Assembly: GCA_903813345.2 (NCBI GenBank)
Contig: CAIIXF020000001.1
Coordinates: 23,808,001 to 23,872,000 of the forward strand
Direction: 5' to 3'
Source of the DNA: Owenia fusiformis
Lineage: Eukaryota
Length of the DNA: 64,000 nucleotides
The notes beneath the pieces are model-generated. The model was not told where the DNA came from, ran no database searches, and saw only the letters and a program-made list of their open reading frames with translations. This document shows positions 13,001 to 24,600 of the stretch, piece by piece (position 1 is the first letter of the stretch; every line of letters begins with the position of its first letter). A program made the position numbers and the translations under genes.

Positions 13001-16000
13001 GTATGACATCTTAACTTACTTTCATATGGCTGGAAAAGGCAGACATTATCTGGCCATGGCTCACTTGCTAAAAATACAAAAATGAATAATTAATGTTAAA
13101 GGAAGTCCAGTAGAGGGGGTTACCATATTTTCTTTTACTTCAATGTTGTTGAACAAAATCAATGCTTACTGGAAAGTCAAGAAAAAGTCAGGCTATGCTA
13201 AATTTAAAAATAAACAATAAGTTGTTTGGAAATATTTTCAGCATTAAAAGGAGAACTTATCTTGCACTTCACTAGTGCTGAACCTAATATACTCAGTACT
13301 AGACTTTGTTAGGTGGGCTAAATATCCATTTATACTGGGGTATATATAAGTAAGTAACATGTATGTTAATCTGTGATAATACCTTGGTTATATACACATG
13401 TACTTTGATCTCTCAAAATACCTTGGATATGCTTATTTTTATGCTATAAAGAGAATCTCATCCCTATCTTAACAGAGATAAGTATTGACATGAAATTTGT
13501 AATTCTCAAACCTCACAACAATACACTTTATCTGGAACCATATATATTGTTCCACGTTAAAATAAGACTTTACAAGTTCATTCTCTGAATTAAAGTATTT
13601 TATAAAAGTTATTAAAGTATAAGTCACAAAAGAAATGTTAAAATATCTTAATACTTTTCTTGTTTTTTATACATTTTATCAAAACATTCTTCTCTACATT
13701 CTTTTCTGGGTACATTAGTGCACTCCTTGTGTAAAAGTGAGAGATGTAGACATTGTGGGGAAGGAGTGATTCAAATTTGAAAAATAACATGTGACCCTAT
13801 TGAGGGTTGCAGCGAAAATTCCAAACACGCACCATGACCTTATGATTTACGAATAGACAGACCCCGACCAGTTGCCACTCTCCATAGTTGGGTTCACACG
13901 GTTGGTGGTCAGTGGTCAAAAACAATGAATATGATCAACATGTATTTAATTTCGAATTATATAAATAATTTAAGGTTACACATGATCATTATTTTACCCA
14001 TTTCCCTCTTATCCTGTTTTGAGATTTTCATTTTCTTTTACCCACCAACTCATTTTTGTAGCCGTCAACTCAGTTTTTCATTCTCATCTCATTTACCAAT
14101 CAAATACTTAAATAAAATCTAAATGTTTGTTACATTTACCAACCATAGTGTCTGTAATTTCCGGTGGTGACGGTGGCCCAGAAATGAGCTGACTGCCCAA
14201 TAGTATCACAAAGAGGAGGGAAAACTACAGAGCACAGAGATGACCTCATTACTTCTCTTGCTCACCATATTTGTCTACTATAAACGAGGGCGAACGTAAT
14301 ACCCGGAACGTGCCTCGTTTATTCTGACAGTGTGTGTTACCCCCCATTGGACATGAGGCCCAGAGCTGAATATCTATTAAACTGACGATAATCAATTAAT
14401 CATGAAATACATTATCGTGACGCTGTTGGCTTCATTCCCGATCCAGGAATCCGAGATCCAATGACTCTATATGAAACAAGAAGCAAGTTCTCATTGTGGG
14501 AGATATTTATGTTAATGACCATGTTTTCAACTATTGCAAATTAGTCTACGGTATTATGTTTGGTAAAGAGTGTCTGGGAGTGTCAGGGACTGCCAACAGA
14601 TTGCAATTTTTCAATCCAAAAACTGAATTATAATTTTTGGTGGTGTCAGTTAAAGCTTCAATAAAGACCATAAAAGAAATTTGGGAGTCATTTTACCTTT
14701 CCTGGGCTATTAGTGCAACGTTTGGCCTAATGTCTTCTTCGCCATACCTATTTTCTTAAAATATATGCACTTGTCAACGAATACCATCAATCAAGACTTG
14801 CAAATAGACTTCTAAATAAGCAATTGAAAGGATGGACATCATGCATTTGTTTTTTGAAACATTTCTGAATCTCCGCCATTTAAGATTCTTACTGCAGCTG
14901 AGATTAGATAAGACCGCATGTTTATAGTATAACCATGGTTGTCTGATATAACCGTATGCATGGTACACGATATGACTGCCGTCGACAGTCTATTACCAGC
15001 GACTCTTGCTGTTAGCCTGGCCCACTGATGAAGAAAAATCAAAAAAAATTGAAGACTAAAAAACGTCAAATCTACCCATATTCAAGGTCTTATTGACACG
15101 CGCATCATGGTACATAGCAAACAGAATGTTGGATAGAACATTAGGTGAAAACGGGTCTGGAATCCAATGACAATATCACTGGGAAATCATTAAAAGGTAT
15201 GTGAGCATTTTTCTGTCGATGTAAAATGGTTTCAGGAGAAGATTACTGGGGATTTAGGATGATTAGTGATTGTGAATATCAGCAGAAATTATGTACGTTC
15301 GGGGGTTTTCTTTGTAGCAAATGAAAATAGATGTTAGTATTGATGAAATATCCAAACTTTGATATATTTTGACAGCAGTTTCATGATCGTTGAATATGTC
15401 TCTACACTATTTACTCAACTTTAATTGTTGACATAATCACAACCTAATGTTTTTACAAAATCAAAAAGCAATGCACGCTATAAATGTAACTTTTTTTCAT
15501 TCATTCTTCTCACCATGTACCCTTTGCATTCGTTCGACTTCACTTCTAAAAGAGAGCTCCGTCTTCACTCTTTCAGTAATAATAAATCTCTGATCTCACA
15601 GAGCAATCAGAGTTCGTCATCGAGATACGGACGACTTTCTACATGGTCATTTCCTATGACATCACGGCAAAGTTAATGAGCATGTATATAGCACACGTTC
15701 CTTCCACTTCGCTGATTTGTTGAGAAAGGGTCAGCATGGTAGATTTGAAATGATTTATTACCTGCCCTTAAGAAAAAAGCCATGGTAACCATGGTATTCC
15801 ATGGTGCGTCCATGGTAATCCATGGTTTTCCATGGAAATTCATGGTTTTTCATGGTATTTTCCATGGAAATTCATGGATACCCATGGTAATCTTCCATGG
15901 ATATTTACCATGATTTTCCGTGGTAATTGGTGGTTTGGTAATTGTTTTTTCATGAACATGCCATGTTTTTACCATGACACTTGAGTTGTAAAATCAACAA

Positions 16001-18288
16001 TTTTGGCAGGTTTTGTTTTTACCAAAATCTTCAAAATTGAATCAATATTTTAACGAATGAATCCAAGCTGGATTGAGAATTAATCTCATTAATCATAGAT
16101 AAAAGAATATGACACCCCCCACCCTTAAATCTTTGAGAAAGTCAACCTTCTTGACAAAAGCTGGCTTCAGGCTTGAAATACAACCATGTTTTTACAATCT
16201 GAATATATGTTTAGTACATTCTGTACATAGTGTCATATGACAAAGAACTGTTTACTTAATATTTTTTTAATTGATGATTTGACCCCACAATTAAAAGTAA
16301 TAATTTGTTTGCTGGGATTTGCTATCATTTAACTTTGGCACTTATGTAAAAAAGACAAAATAAGTGATAAAATCAGCTCACTGGATTCCCTTATTGCAGA
16401 CTGAATAAACATTTTTACTTGGAGTAAATCCTATTTGGTTTTATTTGATCAACAATGAGTTTTTGACTTGCACTGTCTACACTCACAGACAATAATAATT
16501 ACTGAAGAGGGAGCATTAGAAAGAGTAAGATTATCATATATAATAACAATTAAGATCAGAATATTTAAGAATTGTGCAAATGAACTCTTATAATCTGTTG
16601 TAAAGAGATTAATCTTTTGACATTAATTTGAGAGTTAAGACACCTAATTAACATAGAATAATGGCAACCAAATATTTAAAAATTATGCAAATGATTATTT
16701 ATTCCTATTCAAAGACAAATCAATTTTAATTACTTATACTATGTTTCATGTTTTAAGCCAAATGATGTTGTTAACCCCCTCCCCTTCCTTCATGCAACTT
16801 CTTTTTAAATATAATATTCTTACATAGACAAATTGATTTTTTATCACTTAGGTATAACATTTCAGTTTGCAGCCATAGGCTTGTGTTTAATCCCCCATCT
16901 CAATTTCAAGTCAAAATTCTGTAAAAGTATATACTTTTCTGTGGATTTTTTCAGATAATATGCTTATAAAGGTTGAATGGGACTTAATTTGGAGAAGTTC
17001 ATTTAGAAACATAATGTATTATTCATTTTTCTGCTTCCAAAAGACCAAACAAATAGCCCATGGAAAACCATGGACTTTCAAAAGATCAAAAGAATAATCA
17101 TGGAAAACCATGGCTTTTGATTGCACTTTCCAAAACATCAAAGAAATAACCATGGAAAAGCATGGCTTTCGATTGCAATCAACCGTCTTCCATGGCTTTT
17201 GATTGAAGTTTTCTCAACTTCAAAGAAAGAAACCATGGTTTGTGATTGTATTCTCAAATGTACGAAATGTAATTTAAGAAAATGAGTTATTTATTTCTTA
17301 AATTACTTCATATTGATTTTTAAAACTGAAAATTAAAGAAAGTATTGAAATAAAACAGAGCTTGGGCTAGTTTGACTTAATCTTTTTCAAAGGAAAGAAG
17401 TGTTTGGCCTAAAAAATAAGCAATCTCTATCTAGTCTTGATCTACACAAAAGACCTTTGCACAATTGTTTTTGAAATCTTGTGACCTACTCTCTGCTTTG
17501 CTGTTTCACATATTTTCTCATTTGTAAGCTGAGTCTAACATTCGATGAATGTTCTTGCTATACCTTCAAAATGAAATGTCCACCCTTTTTTCTCAATGAT
17601 AAGTCTCAGTCAAAACATTCATTTTGGAGATTTTGGTAAATACAAATCCTACCAAAATTGTTGATTTTACATCTCCGTGACACATCCATTAAAAACCAAT
17701 TACCAAACCAACAATTACCACGGAAAATCATGGTAAATATCCATGGAAGATTACCATGGGCATCCATGAATTTCCATGGAAAATAACATGGAAAACCATG
17801 AATTTCCATGGAAAACCATGGATTACCATGGGCGCACCATGGAATACCATGGTTACCATGGCTTTTTTCTTAAGGGTGGGCTATCACAAGCATCAATCTT
17901 TAGGGCGGGACTGCTAAACTGTAATATAGTCTATACTAGGAAGAGGGTAGTTTATAACTAGTCTAGCTACTCAACATGTAATCCAACAAGATGAAGTCTT
18001 CGAATTGGACTTGTAGTTGTACATGACCTGAATGAATGAAAGGATTCGATGGGCTGAGACTTAAAATTATAATTCGAACTTTGTCAATTTAACATGTGCC
18101 TCTATGGAGAAACAGTAGGTTACATTATTTGTATCAGTGTTTCACCCATTTTTATTTTATGTGGGCGATAATATGTGAAAGTCAAAAGTTCAATTTTGAT
18201 AATTCATTAAAGCTGTAATAAGTAAGCAAATTCACAATAACATACCTCCTAGTTCAACTGCTATAGGTTGCTCTATTAAACTAGCCAT
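6760..18288 (-). CDS. MTX2: Metaxin-2 (mitochondrial outer-membrane SAM-associated, GST fold), canonical isoform using terminal exon B; 293 aa
   Basis: Exons on the minus strand: 18288-18246, 13067-13020, 10693-10574, 10022-9946, 9206-9114, 8943-8702, 7018-6760. All introns are GT-AG with matching phases (1,1,1,0,0,2). Translation [42 protein letters not shown]...[13 protein letters not shown]...[11 protein letters not shown]...[32 protein letters not shown] is recognisably metaxin-2 (recognised from memory, no search run). Confidence 0.93.
7219..7468 (-). CDS. MTX2: Metaxin-2 alternative terminal exon A (paralogous duplicate); isoform 290 aa
   Basis: Acceptor tctgtttccttgcag|T CCT AGT GAG CTT GAT, same phase as exon B. 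Open 83-codon frame [20 protein letters not shown]...[16 protein letters not shown]...[11 protein letters not shown] aligns with exon B. Confidence 0.75.
11405..12757 (-). mobile_element. 5'-truncated CR1-group non-LTR retrotransposon (3' end of ORF2) in MTX2 intron 2
   Basis: ORF 11680-12757 encodes the post-RT region [10 protein letters not shown]...HKHLG...FIRPHFEYG...[18 protein letters not shown]-rich tail near 11405-11421. 14-bp TSD TATTTACAGTTATT at 11391-11404 and 12758-12771. Confidence 0.92.
15514..15563 (+). repeat. About 50-bp dispersed repeat, second copy at about 56554-56604
   Basis: CATGTACCCTTTGCATTCGTT(C/T)GACTTCACTTCT(T)AAAAGAGAGCT(C/T)CGTC at both sites. Confidence 0.75.
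15765..17876. mobile_element. Non-autonomous DNA transposon with about 270-bp TIRs built of CCATGG-containing subrepeats (CMC/EnSpm-like)
   Basis: Left end CCCTTAAGAAAAAAGCCATGG, right end CCATGGCTTTTTTCTTAAGGG. Inverted similarity spans about 15765-16040 vs 17610-17876. Flanked by TG on both sides (possible 2-bp TSD). No transposase ORF. Confidence 0.85.
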
Positions 18289-18615
18289 TATTGCATTATT
18301 TTAAGTCCAGAATCCCTGTAGAAATCACCTATGAAGTGTCTTGCGAAAAAAAACTAACTTTTAGAATGCATGACGCGACCCAAAACAGTTTGTCGAACTG
18401 TTGAGACAAAAATGATGGGACTGCAAAGTAACTAATGAAATCAAGCAAAAACAATATTGGTATACCTTTGCAATCATATAATTGCTTTTTTGAAAAATAC
18501 GTGCGAAAATGCAGAAATGTTTACCAATAATTTATTTTGGGTGTGTCATGGACAAAATGGCCATGTGATGAAAACAATCTAAAAATGTAAATGACATCGA
18601 AACATCTCCAGAAAC
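18289..18615. promoter_or_regulatory. Bidirectional promoter region between MTX2 and the ZNF654-like gene
   Basis: Divergent start codons at 18288 (-) and 18616 (+) are separated by only 327 bp. Confidence 0.7.
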
Positions 18616-21600
18616 ATGGACTTCGCAAGCTTCCTGAGGCAATTGCTAATTGTTTGCGAATCCTGTACAAATGGCGGAGACGAAGACACTACAAAGTATT
18701 TTTGTAGGGAGTTTGAAAGGGTAAATATAACCTTTTAAAAGTTCACAAAGATTCCTAATTTTTTCCACTTGGATTTTTAAATGTCCATTTCAAATATTTA
18801 ACTTCTGTGTTGTAGATTGCATAGGCCAAGGGTAAAGTAATAGTAAGCCATATATAGAAGAGACAGGTGAACAACTCTGACTTGGACTACTTGTTAAGAT
18901 GGAGATTTCAACAATATTTAGTGTATTATTTTCAAAAAGCCATGGGGAGTTGATAGAAAATTGATAGTTTGTAGCTCTTACCTAAGATTGAAACTCAGTC
19001 AGATGATATAGAGTGAATAATGCTGTCTAAAAGAGAGAATTTCTGAAAACCTGCAATTGCCTGGCAAGTTCATTAGTAAACAAGTGATCTGATTGGTCAC
19101 TGCTGACCTCCCTGACCTCCAACAGTGACAATCAGTTTCAGCTTGCCAGGCAATTGCAGATATCCATAGTTGTTGTTTTATATGCAGTATTATATGCAGT
19201 TTTTAGATAAAGATTTGAAAAAAACAATGATATAAGTTTGAAAAACACTTTGAAGAAGATTTTGGAGAGATTTGGGAATACAATTTGATACCAGTAAGGA
19301 GAACTAGTGCCAAGACTAAAAAAATTTGAAAAATTTTCAATCTTACTTGTGGACCTGTCTCTTCTATATTCAGCTTACTATTACTTTTCCCTTGGCCTAT
19401 GGTAGATTGTGTGTCATGAATCATTTCAATCATTTGGCAACCCAAAGATTTATTCTGAGTAAATTGTTCATTGCTTGTTGCACAGGGAAGGGGTCTAACC
19501 TGTAATATAGCACCAACTGAAAATTCAAATAAAAAATTCCTTGTCATCTCAAAACAACCATGAAGTACATCATTTGATAGATAATTGGTACAGCAATACA
19601 AAAATATACATGCCGATGCGACCAAAGTCATACCAGTCGAGAGTTTTAGAAGGATATTTTTCTGAAAAATCCGTAAATAACATAAAATTTCGTTATTTTG
19701 ACGTTTTATGATGTTTACTTACCTATTTTACTTGTTGATCGATAGTTGCTTTATAATATCCTGTGCTGTTATAGTTCTATATGTGTGACCTTCTGTGTTG
19801 CGTTTAGTAATATACTTAGAAATGAAATTTTCTAAAAAAATTTCAATATCCAGCCCCCGACATGTTGGAAATAGGCACGACTGCACTGGACGAAATTTTT
19901 TGTAAGGCATGGCAGTGTCTTGGTATAAACACTGTGGCAAGCAGAATGAATCATCAAAAATTGTTGAATGTAGTCCCCCTTTCAACATTGATGGATTCAG
20001 TTTCAAATTTTAAAATATTATCAGAATTCATGATGAAATTTCGCGAAAAGAAATTTGAGTCAAAGTTTTGTTGATATTAGTTCACTGTACTTGGGGTTAT
20101 CGATTAATATGCGCAGTGCAACCAATCACTTTCTCTTGATTTCGCAATCACGTTGTACGAGCAGAGGCTAATTATTTGTCCACACTTGACCACATATGGG
20201 AGTATACATCCGGGTCACTACAATGGCGAAATGAATATTTGTGATGTAATGATGGTTTTGTTGAGATGAATATTTCTGAAACATAAGTAAAGTTCGTAAG
20301 GAGACATATGAATTTCAACAACAATAGGAAGTTGTCAATATAAGTGAATGATCTGGAAAATCGGGTAAGTCACAGCGGAGAAAATAACGCCATAAAAGGA
20401 AAATGAAATCAGTAGAAATTTATCAAAATATGGGTTGATTATGTTTTTCGAAAAAACTTGTTAGTTTCACTTACAAAATATCACTATTAAGGTGCCTGAA
20501 TGCAATTTTCTTCATTTTATTGCATTTATGTGCTTATAACCTATCCAGTGAGGTGCTGCAGTATGAATATTTTTTACATTTTCCTGCATTTTTAGGCCTT
20601 GATCAAAATGTGGTAACTTTACGTGGATAACTTCCTTTTTACTTTTATATGCTTATTGAGTCAAGGCTTGCTCTATTGACTTATTTTTCCTTCTAGACGA
20701 ATTCTTAAATTGTGGCTTGTTGATGAACTAGGATATACATATACATGTATATTATTGTTAGTACAATGTTGATACAAAACAATTGATAAGTCGTATAGTT
20801 GGCATATTTTCTTGAATTTAACATTTAATGTCCCAAGCTCCCCCAAACTGCAGAAAAACATACACCGTAAATCATATTTACCAAAATGAGTGTCTCCAAG
20901 GCTTCATACCAGCGTATACATAATGCATTTTTCACGAGTTAGACCTGAAATTTCGCTAAAAAGGAGTACTGGGGTAATCTCTGCCAGGTTTGTATATTGT
21001 GGTTAGCTTTTAATGGTAAGTGCTCAGAAGCAAATAATTCAAGTGCGCAAAATAATCAAATAATCTGATTGGTTTTAGCTTAAGTATGCATGCACACAAT
21101 GTGTGCCATGTTTTTTTCTAGTGATTTAGTTTTGTTCCATGGAGTTTGTCTTTAGATTTAAGAGAACTTTTTACCTATAATAGCAAAACTTTTGTTTTAT
21201 TTATGCATTCTATCTATCAGATAAGAGTTTCAGGTATATAGGCAAATCCATTTTGGAAGGAGCACTCTGTTTAGTTTGAAAACCCACCCTTTATTCATTC
21301 TGATACTGATAGCATCTTTCTGTTTCACCTGAAACATGCTCTGATATTATGAGGCATATTCTGTGATCTGAGTACATCAGATGGGAAGAGTTATAACTGT
21401 CAATAAGTGTGTTAGTTATCATGTTATCATTTAACTTGATGTCAATACATTACATAATAGGCATTGTATTTAACAGCAGATACTAGCACAGCATGTTCAC
21501 AAGTTTAATGACCCCAGTTAGATGAAATATGAGCTGGGATGAAAGATCTCAAAATCCTAAATTTTGGGCTCTCTTGGATCGCCAAATCAAGCTCATTATA

Positions 21601-24600
21601 TCATGGCATCTCAGGGCTGAGAAGAAATGAGATGTCATGGTTTATCATGATGCCCTTTATTATTTACTGTCAGCACTATAGTGTGCGATTGATACATTGC
21701 CAGGGTGGTAAAATATTGAAAATACTGCTATACCTGCACTGTTATTTTCTGGTACAAAATAAAGTATGAAGTCATGAATGAATTTCCTTGGTTTTTTTAA
21801 GAACGCATCATTATATCATCTTCTTTTAGTAAACCTTGTAAGAGGTCAATGGTAACTCAGGAAATGCTGATCTTTCAGGGGCGTAGCCAAGATTAGTAGT
21901 GCTAGTATGTGAGGCTGTAGGCCAAGCAATTACTAATGGAGTCAGTACAGGGGACATACTCCTCTGGAAAAATTAGGATTTTGGGCTTATTAGGTGCATT
22001 CTGAGCCTTCACTGATATAATACCTCACTTATATATATGGAACTGGTTTAAAGTTACAAACTTAACTTTAAACCAGTTACGTTTTGCTTCTAGTTTGAAG
22101 AGTGCAGTAGCAAAGTAAAACAAGACAATGTAATGATGCTTTCCTGAAAAATGCAAGCAAATTTACATGTGCCTTCATACTGAAAATAACATGTGCAGGT
22201 ATAGCAATATTTGTACAGAACTCTGTTATGTCACAATGTAATACATGTACTTCTCTTACACTCTCCTCTTGCATACATTATTGGCTGATATTAAAACAGA
22301 GATATTATACAAATAGTGACTGCCATTGAGGGCAATAGTGTAAATTATTTCCCCGAGGGGAAATCATTTACACTATTGCTCGAAATTAGGCAGTCACTAT
22401 TTGTTATATTATATACCCTATACTGACTCTTGTCCCGTTTCCTCTGCGAAGGACAAAAAGGCTTAGAAAGCCCCCTCCCCGGGTCCATTGTTAGCATTAT
22501 AAGCTGTGACGTCATCAGATGCTCAACAGAAATTTTTGCCTCAGAGACTCTCACTTGACAAATTCAATCGCGTTTAACACGCGGAATAGATTATCATAAT
22601 ACTTGAAATTACACAGACGTATTGAGCTTAGGGAACTTTATACACGTTGCTTATATTGTATCGTTCACGCACATCTGTCATGGTGAACAGAGTTGATTTG
22701 TGTTTGTGCTCATCCTTCATTTTTCTGTTTTTCGTCTGCGCAGTGATGATGCACAGACGTTTCCAAGGGTAACAGAAGTTGCAATCGTGACGTCAGCGGG
22801 CAATAGTTCAAATGTATATTCCCGCTGACGTCACATTTGAGGGAATATAACTTTCCGAGGGAAATAGTAAATCTATTTCGGAACACGTGACTAGGTATTG
22901 ACCAATCAGGATTAGTGTTACATATTGGGTATATAATAAACCAGAATATTAACTGATTTATTTAAGCATTTGAGTGACCCTTTGGGAGTTTCAAAGGCAG
23001 AAAACTGAATATCAGAATATCATACCTCAATGTTAACTTTTTTGAAAAATTAATAAACCACAAAGTTTCATAAATTTTCTTTAAAAAGTGATAGATCAAA
23101 AATTCATATTTGTTCAAAAATTAACTTTTACTATATATAAACTGAATCTGTGCATGATCTGACTCTTCACTCAATGTTTAAGTTTTGCTACTCTATCTTG
23201 CTTTAATTTTGTAAAGTTATTAGTTATCCTTTGTAAATTTATTTAGGGTTGTTAAAGTCAATGAAAACCAAAATTATTTTCTCTGACCTGGAAAAAGTTG
23301 AAGATTTTTAGAACTTAATAAAGTTAATTGTCAGGGAATTACAAAGGTGAGGACTTTTGAATGAAATTTTGAAAAATTGAAAAATACTACGAACTGATTA
23401 GATTGATAATGTTGTGCTAACCTGCCATGTTATTATGTTTCCAAGTTTAAATTTTCTTAGATGCTTTTTAGTACAAAATTCTAGACCTCAGAATGTTTCC
23501 AACTTCAAAGAACGAGTGTCTTTTAGACCCTATATTAGCTCCCAAGATATTTAAAAGAAATTGTACAGGATATCAAAGAAGGGACTTTGTTTGATAACCA
23601 GATCCAAATATTAGGTCATTCTGACCTTTATGTTCTAAAATATAGGTCATTCTATTAACATGTGTAATATGATCTTTTGAAGCAAATACAACCCTTTCAC
23701 ATCATTAGTGTCACTGTTTCTATTTATTATCAAAATAATCTTTATTTACAGTCGTTTTAGACTTTTTTAATTGATCTTCTTGGTGAACAGTGACAAAGCA
23801 TAATGGGAAACATTCAAAAACACATAAAATATAACATATAAAAATGCAAAAAAATGTTGAGTAGTGATCTTCTTTATACTTCAATAAGATGTGTCAGAAA
23901 TGTGTCAGAAAAGAATATTGAGTTTATTAATTTACATCACAATGAGAAAGAACAAGGGGCAACATTAAAAACACCTGAAGTAATTAACAATTCAAAAATA
24001 CATATCAATCAATTATACATTGATCTGCTTTCTTGAGATCAATTGCTCATGTACAGTTTGCATTAAAGTGGCAGTAAAATACTGAATTTATTATTTCACA
24101 TCACAGTGATGAAGCACAAAGGGCAACATTTGAAAACACATAAAACATAACAATTTCTAAAAGGTTACTCTGGACGTTACATGTTGTAACTGTTGTACTT
24201 CAATCTTTAAAAGTGTAGATGATTCATGTATTTGTTCATAATAAGAGACTCTATGAGCCATCATCATCTTCTTCAGATGACAACATTTCAGGCATATTTT
24301 TTGTTAAAATGTCAAACTTTGTGCATTTCCTTTTGCTTTTATACCATGTGCACATGAATCTACAGCCCTACTCCCAACTGGGAATGTACAACACCATCCA
24401 CTGATTGCAGCATTACTATTACATTACTCCACCCATGTACAGTGAGATTTGGAGGAGACAAACCATTTTTACACAAATGAGGCCACATGTTTCTTTCTTA
24501 ATAATGATGGTATATTTCCCATCTACTTGAAGGTGGTTGTCTGTGTATCGTTTAGATTGGTTGGCTTGATATACACCAAAGTGACTTGACGTACATCGTC

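Noticed and set aside
14697-15024. Acceptor/donor-bounded 328-nt segment in MTX2 intron 1 (possible poison exon)
   Set aside because: Only splice-like motifs support it. It would stop after about 10 codons and cannot be told from chance without transcripts.
17606-17961. Met/His-rich ORFs on both strands
   Set aside because: Translation of the CCATGG-repeat TIR of the 15765-17876 element.
18671-18720. ATGGCGGAG as the start of the ZNF654-like gene
   Set aside because: Wrong frame: it ends in phase 2 while the next exon needs phase 0. The frame from ATG 18616 gives the family-like YFCREFE motif.
19203-21180. ORFs of 62-142 aa in intron 1 of the ZNF654-like gene
   Set aside because: No recognisable protein motifs. 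The region looks like decayed repeat DNA whose boundaries I could not define.
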